Made by a program: the position numbers and the translations under genes. From assembly GCA_013265495.1 (NCBI GenBank), contig MU061578.1:1869308-1933307 (forward strand): DNA of 64,000 nt. The letters run 5' to 3'. This document shows positions 26,386 through 39,065 of the stretch, one piece after another; position 1 is the first letter of the stretch, and each line of letters begins with the position of its first letter. The notes under the pieces are model-generated. The model saw only the letters and a program-made list of their open reading frames with translations. It was not told the origin of the DNA and did no database searches. Origin of the DNA: Vicugna vicugna. Taxonomy: Eukaryota.

Positions 26386-27159
26386 CAGAGTCACTGCGGT
26401 TTGTAAAATACACCAGTTCCACTGTCAATGAGACCGTCTCCCACTCCCTACCCCATCCCAAATGCCGTAAGGACATCAAACTGAGTGTGAAAACACAAAA
26501 GCAGGTATAGTTCAATTATCTGCACCAATGGCAGGGTTCAGAGGCAGAGACAAGCAACTAGGGTGGATAATCCAAAACTCCCTTTCACTTGGCCATGAAA
26601 CGCACCATCAGTTCACATTCAAATATACTATGTCTGCCATTCCAGGGATTCATTTCCAACAAAATAATGAATCCACACAAGACAGGCCTGATTCCAGCTG
26701 GGAAGTGCCCTGGTTCTTTGGTCTGCTTCCTGCTCATCCCCTCTCTGCAACATACTCCACGCTGAGAATAGCCAGCAGGCTCCCCCGACGGGGGCTGAGA
26801 ACCAATCTAAACAGGGTTGACCCCTCTCAGATCTTCCCGGAGCATGAAAGAGGCCTGGCTTTCAAAGGCTTCTCCTGCATGAAAATTAACTAGGGCTCCT
26901 GGTTGAGATGTCAGATAAGGAGCTAAGGGGACATCATGCTGCAGAAAACACAGAGCTGAGCCATGTCTGCCTTGGCCCCATCCAAGGTCCGCCATGTTGC
27001 ACGTCTCCTGTGACACAAAGACCTCAAGAACCACCCCCTCCCCATCACAAACACTGCAAGTTGAAAAGGAATGACCTTCTCTTTCATGAAGGAGATGGTG
27101 TTCTAATCAGAGGGGCTTGAAAAGGAAACACTACAGTGAGTACTCACTGCGCATGTTCA

Positions 27160-27300
27160 TCTGATAGACAAGTATGGAGCACCTGTTAAGAGCTGGGTGT
27201 TGGACAAGGGACTGAGTGGATAAAGAAGCAGAAAAGACACAGAGTCCCGGCCCCACTAGCCTAGTACAGATAAGCAGACATGGATGACTGTAGTGGAGTA
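27160..27300 (-). mobile_element. L2 3' end
   Basis: acaagtatggagcacctgtta...aaagacacagagtcccggccc. Confidence 0.55.
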
Positions 27301-27399
27301 AGCATGGCGCAGAAGACACACAGCTCGGGCACCAGGTCGGGGCTGGGGCCAGGATTGATTCCTGGAACTTTCTGTTAAGTCAGCATCGCCTCCTGCCCA

Positions 27400-27930
27400 T
27401 TCGACTGCAATAATCTCCTTTCAGTCTCGCCGCCCCAACACATAAGTCATTTTCTGTTCCACAGCCAGAGTGAGCTTAAAAGGTGAATCTGGTCAGCCCA
27501 CCCTTTAAACCCCCCAGTGGCCTCCTGCTGCTCTAAGATGGAAGCCTTGCCCTTTGGCACTTTGGCATGGAAGCCTTAGCTCGATCAGGCCCTGGCCTCC
27601 CTGCCTCCCCTCAACTCAGGCCACCCCATCCCCTGTTCAACACACTCCAGCCTTGGTTCCTTTCAGCTCCTCTGAAACAACCACCTCTGCTTCCTCTCCC
27701 CGGAACCTGGGCACCTTCTGTTTCCTTTATTTGGGATGCTTGGCCTACAAAGGAGTGCATCTCCTCTGTTCGGTCTCCGCTACCTCCTCATAAAGGCTTT
27801 TCCTGCCAGCCTCTCGCAAGGCACGATGGGCAGGAAGGAAAGGAAATCCCACCAGAGCATCGTTTATTAAGCTCTCAAAATATAGAGGAATCATTTCTTG
27901 TCTGTTGCCTGATTTATATCTATGAATCCA
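27400..27930 (+). mobile_element. L2 LINE
   Basis: ccacagccagagtgagctt...cccccagtggcctcc...ctggccccctgcc-like segment...cacactccagcc. Confidence 0.7.
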
Positions 27931-27954
27931 TAAAATGTAAATCCTAAGAACAAA

Positions 27955-28170
27955 CGGCTGAGCCCTCATTACGTGCCAAGTCCCCCTCTAAACTCCTTTT
28001 GCGTGTCCATTTGTTTCATCGTGCCAGCTGATGGGCACAGTTACCGCCGTGCAGACCGGCACAGAGGGGTCGAGCAACTTGCACACCAACTGTGTGACGT
28101 GCACACACAACAAAGCTAAACTTGAACCCGGGAAGCCTGGTTGCAGAACCCGTGTTCTTAACTTCCATGC
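27955..28170 (-). mobile_element. MIR SINE
   Basis: ttacgtgccaag...ggcacagagggg...gcaacttgc...cttgaacccggg. Confidence 0.7.
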
Positions 28171-29041
28171 TGAGTCACTTCTCCACCACGAGCGTCTTTT
28201 ATATTTTCAATTAAAATAAAATCACCTCCCCACAGGGCCATTGAAAAGTGACAAAGACCAGGGGGATCTCTGTTCGGTAGAACTCTACCCATTCTCTCCC
28301 TCTGGGATCTTCTCTCTTCCTTCCCTCCCTGTAACAATCCCCATCCTGCCCTGTCCTTTTAGAATACACTCTACCCATAATCGCTCTCAGTGGCTGTGAC
28401 TGCATGAAGCTAATTTACACCCATGTCCTATGGCTAAAAGAGATCGTGAGGCAGCCCACAACCCCATCCAAAGAGTGTGCACATCACCAGGAGACAGGCT
28501 GCGAAATAGACTGTGTAGATTTAACTAGAAATGCCCATTGTCCAAAAGTAAAGGAAACCCAAGGCCACCTCTCTTTCCTCCTACCCTGCCTTCTGTTTTC
28601 TCCTACCCCCAGCTCCATTCTCATTCTGGGCCTTCCATCTTGGCGACATTAAAAACATGACCTATTCTATTTCTTTCTTTCTTTTTTTTTTTTTTAACTA
28701 AACAGGCTCACTTAAGGTCAATCTCTTCTGGTACACTGGCTCCTATTATGGAAGGGAGAAAGGAGAGGCTGCTTTTAAAGAGAGAGAGGCTGCTTTTAAT
28801 GACAGTTTCCGAACAGTGGCCTTTTGTATCTGAAGGGGGTGATGATAAAGCTCACTGACAACTGACGGTAACATCAATGTCAGAGCACAAAGGGACGGAT
28901 GTCCCCCTATACGGGATCATCTCAGAGCCATTAACCAGAGCTGGTCCGCTCTGCCGTCTTGGAGGACAGCCCCTCCTCACGACGACGTGGCCACTGACCT
29001 CCTCTGAGCGGAGTCAGTGAAATAAGGCAGAGTTGGGGAAG

Positions 29042-29045
<4 letters not shown>

Positions 29046-29096
<51 letters not shown>

Positions 29097-29120
29097 TCAC
29101 ACTTACGCACACGCACACAG
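29046..29120. repeat. Compound microsatellite (TC)n(AC)n
   Basis: Directly visible. Confidence 0.97.
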
Positions 29121-29219
29121 TCACATACTCCACATCTGAAAGTAATCCAACACTGCCTAGTGGTGAACAGCCTTGGTCCAAGTCTGAATCTGAGCTTGCC
29201 CAAGCCTTTGCTGCCTGAC

Positions 29220-29630
29220 TTGAAGCAAAGATCTTTGCTTCTCCATGCCCCAGTGTCCTCAGCTGTAATCCACAGATAATAATACTACCCCATAGGGTTG
29301 TTTTGCAGATAAAATGAGCTAATTCACGCCGGGAGCTTGGCAAGATATCTAGATAGACTAACACCCCAATTCTCTGTCGGTTATGATGACTACCACACCT
29401 ACTACAGAACTGTACAGGTCATTCTGTGCAGTCCAAAGCATCCGCACGTTTCCTCTCCCTAACGCTCTTGTGAAGGAGACACGGCCTCTGGCGCACCGAC
29501 CATTTGAGAGGCGAGGCGCAGACAGGAGTTATGATGGGCTCCAAATCACAGTAGCGACCAACTCACTGGCAGAGTCGAGACTAGAGGTGACCATCTGATG
29601 CCAGACCAGTGTCCGGTTCACTACTCCCAG
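29220..29630. mobile_element. Two MIR fragments in opposite orientations
   Basis: Plus: cagtgtcctcagctgtaa...cccatagggttgtt. Minus: gcagagtcgagactagagg...ctgatgccag. Confidence 0.6.
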
Positions 29631-29949
29631 CTATTTCTCAGCCTGTTGAAGACTGGATGACTATTACATGTCTGGAATGACCCTGAGAGCAAGGGAAGGC
29701 AAGCCATTCCCTGAGTTTCCCAAGACAATCACCATTTCAAATCTTATATTTGATGGTTAGAGTGGCCTTATCGTGTATTACCCAAATCTGGGTATTTCTG
29801 AGAGTGGCAAATGCTGGATTGAATAGGATTCCAGAAAAGAGATATAAACTAAGGCAGTGCCAGTCAGACTGGGACAAATGCCCTCTACGTACTGTCTACA
29901 CAACTGTACTAGTACAAATCCTGACTCTTCCCTCTAGAGTCGACCACAG

Positions 29950-30567
29950 CAGCTAATGTTTTGTTTCCTGGCGTATTTTCTCATTCCCTGTCTTCTGGTG
30001 GAATCACACTGCTTGCTTTCGGCCAGTTACCTCTGCAACCCGTGATGTCATTACCACGCACCAAGGCAGCACTGCTCTCCTTCCCAGCCTCAAAGATTGG
30101 GTGAAGGATGAGCTTGAAGCCAAGCCAACGGAGGCTCTTCCCAGAGATTTTCCTGGCAAGGAAGATGGCCCCAGGCTTTGGGGAGGGGAGGGATCATGAA
30201 GCTCTAAAGATAAAATGTTGGATCTGCCTGTTCCTTCTTTTTTGGCTGCTTAGAGGAAGTTACCACTAACTAGTGGAGAAGCTGCCACTCCACCAAGAGA
30301 GAGAGACAAGTGGACGTGAGGGGTGAGCACAAGAGAATGTCCTCGCAGTCCTGAGCCATTGGCTCCCACTACAAAAACCTGGCGTCCAGTCCGGACACCC
30401 TCATTCCTGCAATCAATGATTCAATTTTGCAGGCTGACACAAACATCTTCCCCCAAACCACGATCCACAACACATTCTACAGTCATTTAGGTTTTCCCAT
30501 TCATTTTGTTAAAAGTTGTGTAAGCTGGGTTTCTGTTACTTGCACTCAAAATAGTTCTAATTCTACA
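29950..30567 (+). mobile_element. LTR16-like ERVL solo LTR
   Basis: agccaa...ctcttcccagagatt... and terminus agctgggtttctgttacttgca...ctaattctaca. Confidence 0.65.
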
Positions 30568-30789
30568 GATAACAAAAATACTGGCATGGCCAAGAACCTC
30601 TAAGAAAGGTGAAACATTTAATTGAAAGAGGAGTTAGAAAGGAGAGAAATCAAGATAAGTAACATATTTTCATTGAGATAATCATTTGAGTGGGGTTTAG
30701 AAAGCTTAAAATTTTTAATAAGGAGAAAGGGAGGGATGTCCCCGACCTAAGAGGTCTCGTTGAAAGACGAACACGACCCTGGAAAGGCA

Positions 30790-31010
30790 CTGTGGTGCAA
30801 TGGCTTCAATAATTTACGGTTCAAATCACCAGTTCCATGCTGAGTGCTGGTTCAAATCACAGCAGCTCTCTGAGCTTCTGTCTCTTCCTCTGTGAAGGAA
30901 GGTTTCTAATACCTCTCAGAGTTGTGAGAGTCATCATGAGTGCACATAAAGCACCTACTAGTACCCTGGCAACACAGAAGGTTATTAATAAATAGTGACT
31001 ATGGTTAACG
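30790..31010 (+). mobile_element. MIR SINE
   Basis: ggttcaaatc...ctctctgagcttctgtctcttcctctgtgaa...cctggcaacacag...aataaatagt. Confidence 0.75.
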
Positions 31011-31321
31011 TGTGGATGGCAGCAAAGAGACCCAGCTGTAACAGCTGACAGGTGTGGGGCTGCAGACTCTGGCATCTCGGGAGGTAGGCAAGCACATGTC
31101 GTCATCTTTGGTCTGCTGTGGCCTGGCCCAGGGTCTGGACTCTATGAAGTGCTCAGTGAATAGATAAATGAAAAATGAGATCACTGATACATGTCTATAG
31201 CCTTAGAGGGACATTAAATAACCAAAAAAGCCATTATCAATATCCTCAAGGTAAATGTATCTGGCAAGGTATTCAGTGCCAGATTGCACTAAAAGAATTC
31301 TCATGGCAGGTGTCAAAAAAA

Positions 31322-31324
<3 letters not shown>

Positions 31325-31377
<53 letters not shown>

Positions 31378-31417
31378 TACGTACACAAACACACACAAAC
31401 ACACACACACACACACA
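31325..31417. repeat. Compound microsatellite (AT)n(AC)n
   Basis: Directly visible. Confidence 0.97.
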
Positions 31418-31544
31418 GAGTAAAAACCTGCAAGAGAGTACAAATAAGGGAAAAAGGAAAGCAATCATTTTGCTTCTTTTCATGAAATCGTGTGACTTGC
31501 TTACAAATAAATAGAGAGTAAAAAGTGCATTGTTCCTCCAATCA

Positions 31545-32110
31545 TTCATTTATTTGAAGTTCATTCTCACGCATTAGCTCCTGCTGTGACTCAGTAACGT
31601 CACGCGCCCTAAGGACCCAAAGATGAAGACACAGTTGCTGCCAAAGAACCCTCAGACAAGGGCATGAAGAAGACATATTAATAACGAACTTTGATCGAAT
31701 ATAATAAATATCATACTACCAGAGGTATTAAAGGCTCCAGAATTCCTAAAACATGAGCACTCACTTTACCGGAGGAGACTGAAAAGTGCCAAGGCAGACC
31801 TGGGAAAAAGCAATCCCTGAAAGAGGAAACAGCATAGCGAAGGCATCAAGTTATAAAGAGGCGAGAGGGAAGTCTCTGATCTTCCCGGAACAAAGACTAC
31901 AGGAGGCAAGCAGGGGCACTGAGACATGAAGGCGGGGTTGACCAGATGTCCACAGGCCTTGCCCACCAAGCTAAAACATAAAGATTTCATTCTGCAGAAA
32001 ATGACAGGTCACCAACTTGTTTAATAAAGGGAGGGACACAACCAAATGGGAGTTTCTGTGAAGTAACTCTGAAAGGAGAGCAGAGGGTAGATCAGGAGGG
32101 ATGGCAGGGA
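31545..32110 (-). mobile_element. L2 LINE (degenerate)
   Basis: tcattcatttattt...ccagatgtccacaggccttg...ttcattctgcagaaaatg. Confidence 0.55.
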
Positions 32111-32621
32111 GACAGATTTTACTTATTTTACACTAAAAAGTCAAAAATTTCCAAGGATTTCAGTAAAGATGAGTAGATATTTCCCAAAACTCCAAGCGTA
32201 CTTGGGATTTGAAGAATCAAAATACTTTTATGTCTTCCAAATCAACCAAAGTTCCTTGAAAGTACAGAGAACAAAATCTCTTCAAAGATGTGAGGAAGTA
32301 CAGTGGCAGTGAAAGGACAAACAGAACACTTCTGAGTCACCCAATATTTTCAAATGAAATGGTTCCTACTAGGAATGTATGTATAAATTTCTCCAAGTGC
32401 GGCGACTAATAAGAGTGTCATAAGACCCTTACGTAGTAGGAATATTCGCCTTTACTATTAACCCTGATATTAACCCTTTCCATTCAGACACCCTTTGATT
32501 TTTAAAAAAATGTACTTGGCTTCTTCTCTGGAGAGAAAACAAAACCAAAAAAGTGACATGTTCCCCCAGTATCTCCTGACACACACATTCTTTGACATGT
32601 ATACAATGGTATTATGACTCT

Positions 32622-32755
32622 CTTTTTTAAATTTTATCTTTTTTGGGGGGATTGTTTGTGCATTTATTTATTTATTTTAATGGAGATACTGGGGATTGAA
32701 CCCAGGACCTCATGCCTGCTGGGCATGCATTCTACCACCGAGCTATCCCCTCCCC
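32622..32755 (-). mobile_element. Vic-1-type camelid tRNA-derived SINE
   Basis: Minus strand ggggaggggatagctcggtggtagaatgcatgcc...gaggtcctgggttcaatccccag has Pol III A and B boxes followed by an A-rich tail. TSD tattatgactct / tattacgactct at 32610-32621 and 32758-32769. Confidence 0.88.
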
Positions 32756-32854
32756 ACTATTACGACTCTTTTAACATCGGTCAGAAACTCAACCTGCAGT
32801 ACAGTGATTAAAGGTGATTAAAGTCAAAGTTACAAGGAGACCTAGAGTTAAAAG

Positions 32855-32990
32855 AAGGGTCATGTGTTTATTTCCTGGGTGAATTCTGGCAAATTAGTTA
32901 ACCCCTCTGTTCCTCAGTTCCATAGTCTGCAAAACAGATGCAATACTAATGCTGAAATTAAATGAGAATTAGATAATGCATGTAAAGTGG
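32855..32990 (+). mobile_element. MIR SINE
   Basis: ggcaaattagttaacccctctgttcctcagttcc...attaaatgaga...gcatgtaaagt. Confidence 0.75.
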
Positions 32991-32999
32991 AAACCTACA

Positions 33000-33001
<2 letters not shown>

Positions 33002-33034
<33 letters not shown>
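33002..33034. repeat. (TG)n microsatellite
   Basis: Directly visible. Confidence 0.95.
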
Positions 33035-33179
33035 ATACGTATACTTGGAACCTTAGAACACTGGAATCCAAGTGTTTCGGCTTTTAAAATCCCAAGTAAT
33101 TCCAACTGTATATTCAAATGTGTGTATATACGTGTGTGTGTGTTTAGGAAAATACAGTTCCCAAACATAATCTAAATGC

Positions 33180-33720
33180 TTTACAAAGGAATGATTACAT
33201 AAATGATAATGGACTCATACAATAAAGTATTATGTAACCCTTAAGGTGAATGCAAGAGATTATATAGGCTGATGGAGAAAGATGTTCATGATATACGATT
33301 AAACACCAACAGCAAGGTAAAAAACAATGGGCTGAGTATGTCCCTATCTAAACAAACCACATATGTATACACACTTATCATTAAAAAAATCATAAATAAA
33401 TATAAATCATATATGTATATAATTTATGTTCTTGTATTAGTGTATTGTACTTTATGTACTTATAACTATTATGTATCAATAATTATATATACTTGTAACA
33501 CAGGTACACATAATAAATATACAAATAAAAATGCACATACAAGAACTTGTACGTGAATAGAACTTTTCAGAAAAAAATACATAAGAAATCAGAAATGGTT
33601 GCCTCTGGGAGGTGAATTGACTGCCTGGAATTAGACATCAAGTTTTATTCTGTGTTTGAAATTCTTATTGTTTTAAGCATGTGCAAAATGTTATTTCATG
33701 CCTTTTTTCTAAACTTGACT
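33180..33720 (+). mobile_element. Old L1 (L1ME/MC-like) 3'UTR remnant with AT-rich expansion
   Basis: gatggagaaagatgttcatgatata...atggttgcctctgggagg. Confidence 0.6.
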
Positions 33721-35665
33721 TTCACCGACCTTTCCCAATGCATCTGCTGCTGTTTATCCTGTCTGTGAAAACCCCCAGCAGAATTTCCATCCCTAATGGT
33801 GTTTGTGGGTGAACGGACCGTGTGGGGCTTTTTTCAGATCACCGTATTTACATGCAGGGGCCACTTTGGTGAAAACGATGCTAGCTGATTAAGAGAGTTT
33901 GTGAAAAAGGACCCACTGTGATTGAAACACTCATTTAATACATTTTAAGTGCCTGAAATGCACAGCTTCCTTGATTGGTGTTGATTGTTTGCATTTGATT
34001 TATTTCCTCAGTATCAGTGTTCATTAAATTACTTAATGTAATGGCCACCCTGGAGCTGCATCTCTATTAAACTCCACGTCTTCGGGAGCATTCTCATTCA
34101 GAGGCTGTTCACTTCAGGAGCTGGGAATGTAGATTTGACCATCGAAGAGCTGCGTACTGCTCAGAAAAATTACTTGCAAGGAAAATCATCTCACAAAAAA
34201 AGTCACAGCAGTCTCATTGGATGTTTTTCCTATTTATAGCATCTATTCTTGGCAGCAGTCTTACGATTTTTGACAATTTATTAACTACCACGGACACACT
34301 TACAAAGTGACGTGCAATGTTCGCAACAGCAGCCTTGATCTTCCACATTTTAAAAGTCTACCACCCGTGTGGATAACAAGAATTGTGCCAGCAACCTACT
34401 AACGGTCCAGACACTAAACCCACTTAAAGAAACAGACACGTGCTGCACTGGACATTCTCACAGTCCACAGTCTGAGTGGAGATTTTCTTTTTGTGTATCT
34501 TTCTTTTTCATCCATCCCAGTGGAGATGGGTACTGGGATTTCTCGTCATTAATTGTTTGCATTCAAAGGCTGTTGAGACTTGCTTTTTTGTTTCCCAGGA
34601 GGACAAGCAGTTATGACAGGTGCTGGGGGCACATTTACATCAATAAGCCTCATGGTGGAATGTGGAGTATTGATCAGGGAGGTGGTCAGAAGGAGGACCT
34701 CTTGTCCCGGAGGAGGGAAAGATATCAGGGTATGTGAGGTCATGAGGGCCACTGACATGCAGAGGTCCCTGGGAACTTGGGGCACGAAAGTACAATGAGA
34801 ACGAAGAAACTGCATATCGTTTGCATATTTCTGACTGTAAAAGTCAGGTGCATCAAGAAAGAACTGGAGTCTGACCACCGGAAATAAAAAAGCCCCAATG
34901 AGAATGACTTGTCAGTCCCCAGGACCCTGATGCTCTGGGAGCCGGAAGCCCCTCCATACAACAATGGCATTTCTTGGGTGAAAATATCGTAACAAAGGAA
35001 GTCACAGTAATTGAGGAGAAGTGCAGCTGGCCCAGCAAAGTTTCTCCTTGGGGGAAGGTCTGGGCTGAAGTTTTAGCAGGAGCTTGTGCCCCCAAACAAA
35101 GTGTGAAATCAACAAAGATGGATCAGTTGTCAAAGAGTGAGTTGGAGGCTCCATGCTGGAGCAAGAGTCTGGGGCACCACAAGGCAGGAAGAGGAGGGAC
35201 ACCCATCCCAATATCCTGCATGAAATGACTCGGAGCTTAGATGGTTCCCCTCCCTCCAGAGGCCTGGAGCCCATCCAGTGGTGGGAGCCAAGGGTGCTTC
35301 TGAGATCAGACGTAGTACAATCTTACTAGGCTCATCGACAGTTAGTGCCCACAGAAACCTCTCCTGCACATGTTTTTATTACAAGTAGAAAATGTGTATT
35401 ATTACTCAAATTCACAGGAAGAAAAATTTTTTGAGAGTCAGGAGGAGAAGAATAATTTATTCTTAACAGGTGGGCTCCATAAATCTTTCTGTCATGTGAC
35501 AGGTATTCATTATAAATCTTTCACGTACGCGACAGGTATTCACTGAGTGTGTACTCTCCCTAAGGCTCGGTGCTGTGGGGTCCACAGAAATTACCCTGAG
35601 GCAGACTTTACGAAGAATCTTAAGTCAGCTAGGGGAGACTGAACATCAAAGCAAAATACAAGATG

Positions 35666-36335
35666 GCTATCGAAAACAATAAGGAGGTTCCTTAAAAAAC
35701 TAAAAATAGAGCTACCATATGATCTGGCAATCCCACCCCAGGGTATATATCTAGAAAAAAGGTAAATTAATTTGAAAAGACATATGCACCCCAATATTGA
35801 TAGCAGCACTATTTATAATAGCCAAGACATGGAAACAACCCAAGTGCCCATCAATAGGGAACAGGCTTAAGAAGATGTGGTATTTATACACAACAGAATA
35901 TTACTCAGCCATAAAAAATAATGAAATAAAGCCATTTGCAACAACATGGATGGATCTCCAGAATAGTATACTTAGTGAAGTCAGTCAGAGAAAGAAAGAC
36001 AAATACTACATGTCACTTACATGTGGAACCTAAAATTATACAAATGAAGCTATATATAAAACAGAAACAGACTCACAGGTGTTGGAAACAAACTTCTCAT
36101 TTCTAAAGGAGAAAGGGAGGGAGGGATAAATTAGGAGTTCGGGATTAACAGATATAAACTGCTATAAATAAAATAGATAAGCAACAAGGATTTATTGTAT
36201 AGCACCAGAATTATATTCCATATCTTGTAATAACCTACAATGGAATATAATCTGAAAAAAAAACGGAATTAGTTTGCTGTATACCTGAAACTAACACAAT
36301 ACTGTAAATCAACTAAACTTCAATTAAAGAAGAAA
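35666..36335 (+). mobile_element. 5'-truncated artiodactyl L1 with TSD
   Basis: ORF 35797-36033 IAALFIIAKTWKQPKCPS...YYSAIKNNEIKPFATTWMDL. Full 3'UTR and A-tail. TSD aaaatacaagatg / aaagtacaagatg at 35653-35665 and 36336-36348. Confidence 0.93.
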
Positions 36336-36499
36336 AAAGTACAAGATGATGGTTATTTAATGACCTAGAGGGGTATTCACTCATTCTTCCAAATCACTTA
36401 TTCATTCTAATCAACAAATAGGTACTATGGTGCATAAAAGCAGTTACCCTCATAGGGCTGAGGGGGGATAGAAGGTGGGGTTTAGGATAAGATTCAGGT

Positions 36500-36672
36500 A
36501 CATCAGAGATTCTCTGCATATCACCCACCAGGGGAGCTTTTAGAAAGTAAGGATGCCTGCATGTAAAACTCCTGGACTCTAATTTAACTGGTGTAGAGTG
36601 GGTCCAAGTTTTGATAGTTTCTACAACTCTTCCCAATTGATCCTACTTTGAAGTCAGGGCTATGAGCCGCCA
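36500..36672. mobile_element. MER5-like hAT-Charlie MITE
   Basis: caccaggggagctttagaaa...gatgcctg...ctctaatttaactggtgtagagtgggt. Confidence 0.65.
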
Positions 36673-37039
36673 ACTCAGTAACACTTGATCTGAGTCTTGA
36701 AAGCTGTGGATAGGAATTGGAAATAAGGAGAAATCAAAACAAAGCACAGGAAAATGTGTTCTTTTATCTTCTGGGGATCTTTCTCCCTGCCAGGAGGCAT
36801 CCTGTGAGGTGAGCCACTGTTTAAGTCCTCTAGCGTCAGGAAGGAAGGCAATTAACATGTATTAAGAGGAGCTGCGGGGGACTTGTGGTGTGACATGGGT
36901 TCCTGGACGAAGGGCAAACCACAAGACAGAGTTACAAAGAGGAAATACTTAGTTTCTAAGAAAGTTCAAACCTTCATTTTAAGATGCCTGGCCACAAGAT
37001 GGTTTCAATTTGGATACAGATTTACTGCCATTACTCTCA

Positions 37040-37230
37040 TAGCAACATTTTGATGCCTTCTAACACCAGGCACTTTATAGACATTTCTAATTCCAAAGCT
37101 ATTGTTTTTATTCTGGTTTTACAACTGAGGAAAGTGGGACTTGGAGAGGTAACTGACATGCTGGTAAGTTACCTAACTAGTGACTAGACGAGTCAGGTCT
37201 GGTCACTTGGTTTTTATCTAAAAACCCAGC
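37040..37230 (-). mobile_element. MIR SINE
   Basis: ccaggcacttt...ttttacaactgaggaaagtgggacttggagaggtaactgac. Confidence 0.7.
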
Positions 37231-37574
37231 ATTGCTCCTTCTCTTTCTCACAAACTTCTTCCACAGGGGAGCGGAGGGGGTACTTCCTTCTTCTCAGCCT
37301 GCAATTTCCTGAGTTTCCCTTCTCAAAACAACACCCTTCTGTTTTAGCAAGATAACAAAGAGAGAATACTTAACAAAATCTATAGGAAGATGTGTTTATA
37401 ATAAAAACCCCCTTGCCATTAAGATTTTAATGACTGTCATTATTACAGTTCAGACAGAACAAAGGCAAATCCAAAGCAGTCTTTAGACATTTCGTGTCGT
37501 TGAGGAATTATCTGGATAAGTCATTCCTTTTCCATTTATAATGGTTGGATCCCCTGAGTTTGCTTAGAGATAAA

Positions 37575-37990
37575 ACGCAATGCAGTGACAGACACAGGGA
37601 TTTGGGTCCAAGTAGACAAGGACTGTAATCTCTATACTGCAATTTACTCTCTGTGTGACCTTTGACAAATTGCTTAACCCCTCTGAGCCTTTTTTTCCTT
37701 ACCTGTGCAATGGGGATAAAATATTCAACCTAGTTATTCAACCTAGAGTTATTATAGATAATTTTTTTAATATGCACACACACACATACATATAACACAC
37801 AAAGAGCATCTGGCAAAAATTATATTACAAGGGCCAGTATATGCTGGATGTTTCCTAATGTCAGGCACCTCAGTAAGCAATTTGAGTTCATTATCTTACT
37901 TAATTTTTACAGGTCTATGAGGCAGGTACTTTCACAAGTCCTAGTCACAAACGAGACAAAGACAAAGTGAGTTACAGTAACCCCCAGGTC
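37575..37990. mobile_element. Two MIRs tail-to-tail (+ 37575-37760, - 37835-37990)
   Basis: ctgtgtgacctttgacaaattgcttaacccctctgagcct...; tgtcaggcac...tcttacttaatttttacaggtctatgaggcagg. Confidence 0.7.
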
Positions 37991-38096
37991 TTTCTGAAAT
38001 GCTAAGGTCCACCTACAAGAAGGTTGAAAAGAAATCTAGGTGGACAGGTCAGAAGAAGCCCGCACTGTTAGAATACAAGAAGGGCCAAGAAGGAAT

Positions 38097-38639
38097 TGAC
38101 GGGGTTCAGGACAGGCTGCCCCAAGATGTGCCACTCTGGCTGCTGGGTTATTTCCAGCTGAAACCAAGCAAGGCCCAAAAGACTCAAGAAAAACCTCTGA
38201 ATTTCCCCCGAACTGCCTAAAGGAATTTGAGACAGAAAGCCCGTCCCAAGAAGGCACTACCACCATAGATAATATAGTAACATATGAACTGAGTGAGGTG
38301 GGCAGGAAGGAACCTAGCAAGGCCCATTTGATCAAAGTCCTGCCTGTATCCCACTGTCTCCAGGTGGCCCGGCAAACACTTGTTCACCAAACTACCTCTT
38401 TTCATCTTCCTGTGAATTACCTTACTTCCCCTTAAAGTGCCAGACCCCTACCTCCTTCTCCTTGGTCCAGAACGGCAAATCCACCTCCTCTTGCCTTACT
38501 GTCTTCATGCTTACATGAATTCCCCAGATGTACATAACGAATTTGATTTTCTCCTGTTAATGTGCCTCAAGTTATCCTCACGATTTGACCAGCCAAAAGA
38601 ATTTACAAGACGAAGGGGGTTACAGTCCCTTCCCCAACA
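38097..38639 (+). mobile_element. MER34/MER39-family ERV1 solo LTR
   Basis: TG...CA termini. The start tgacggggttcaggacaggctgccccaagatgtgccactctggc resembles the MER34-group 5' end; the element ends cccttccccaaca. Confidence 0.8.
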
Positions 38640-38767
38640 GAGAGTTAAGGCCAAGCTCTGAGTCAAGAAAGAGAGTTGAGGGCTTGGCTGAGGTCTTAAC
38701 AGTAGAGAGCCCATCATGTTCAACGCACTGCTAACTGAATTGACCAACATCCTTCCCAATCTGTAAA

Positions 38768-38945
38768 TCTTTTTTTTTTCTTCTAATTTTGAAATAATTT
38801 TAGGCTCACAAGAATTTCCATAAACAGTAGAGAGAGACCCTATGGATTGTTCACTCAGCTTCCCCCAGTGGAAACATCTTACAGTATTCAGACCAGGAGA
38901 CCAATACTGATGCAATGACAGACCTTACTCAGCACACACGTGCAC

Positions 38946-38979
<34 letters not shown>

Positions 38980-39065
38980 TGTGTATAGTTCTATGAAAAT
39001 TTATCCTATGTCTGAATTCATGTAACCACAACCAAAGTCCAGATGCAGAACTTTTTCTTCACCAC
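38768..39065 (-). mobile_element. L1MC-like 3'UTR end with internal (TG)n
   Basis: ttttgaaataattttaggctcacaagaa...ttcactcagcttcccccagtgg...(tg)n gtatagttctatg. Confidence 0.75.

Noticed and set aside
31175..31549. Stacked ORFs with YIYI/THTH/CVCV runs (also near 28931-29364 and 61043-61234)
   Set aside because: These are translation artefacts of dinucleotide microsatellites.
32685..32755. tRNA gene
   Set aside because: The tRNA-like head is followed by a SINE tail and flanked by a TSD, so it is a SINE.
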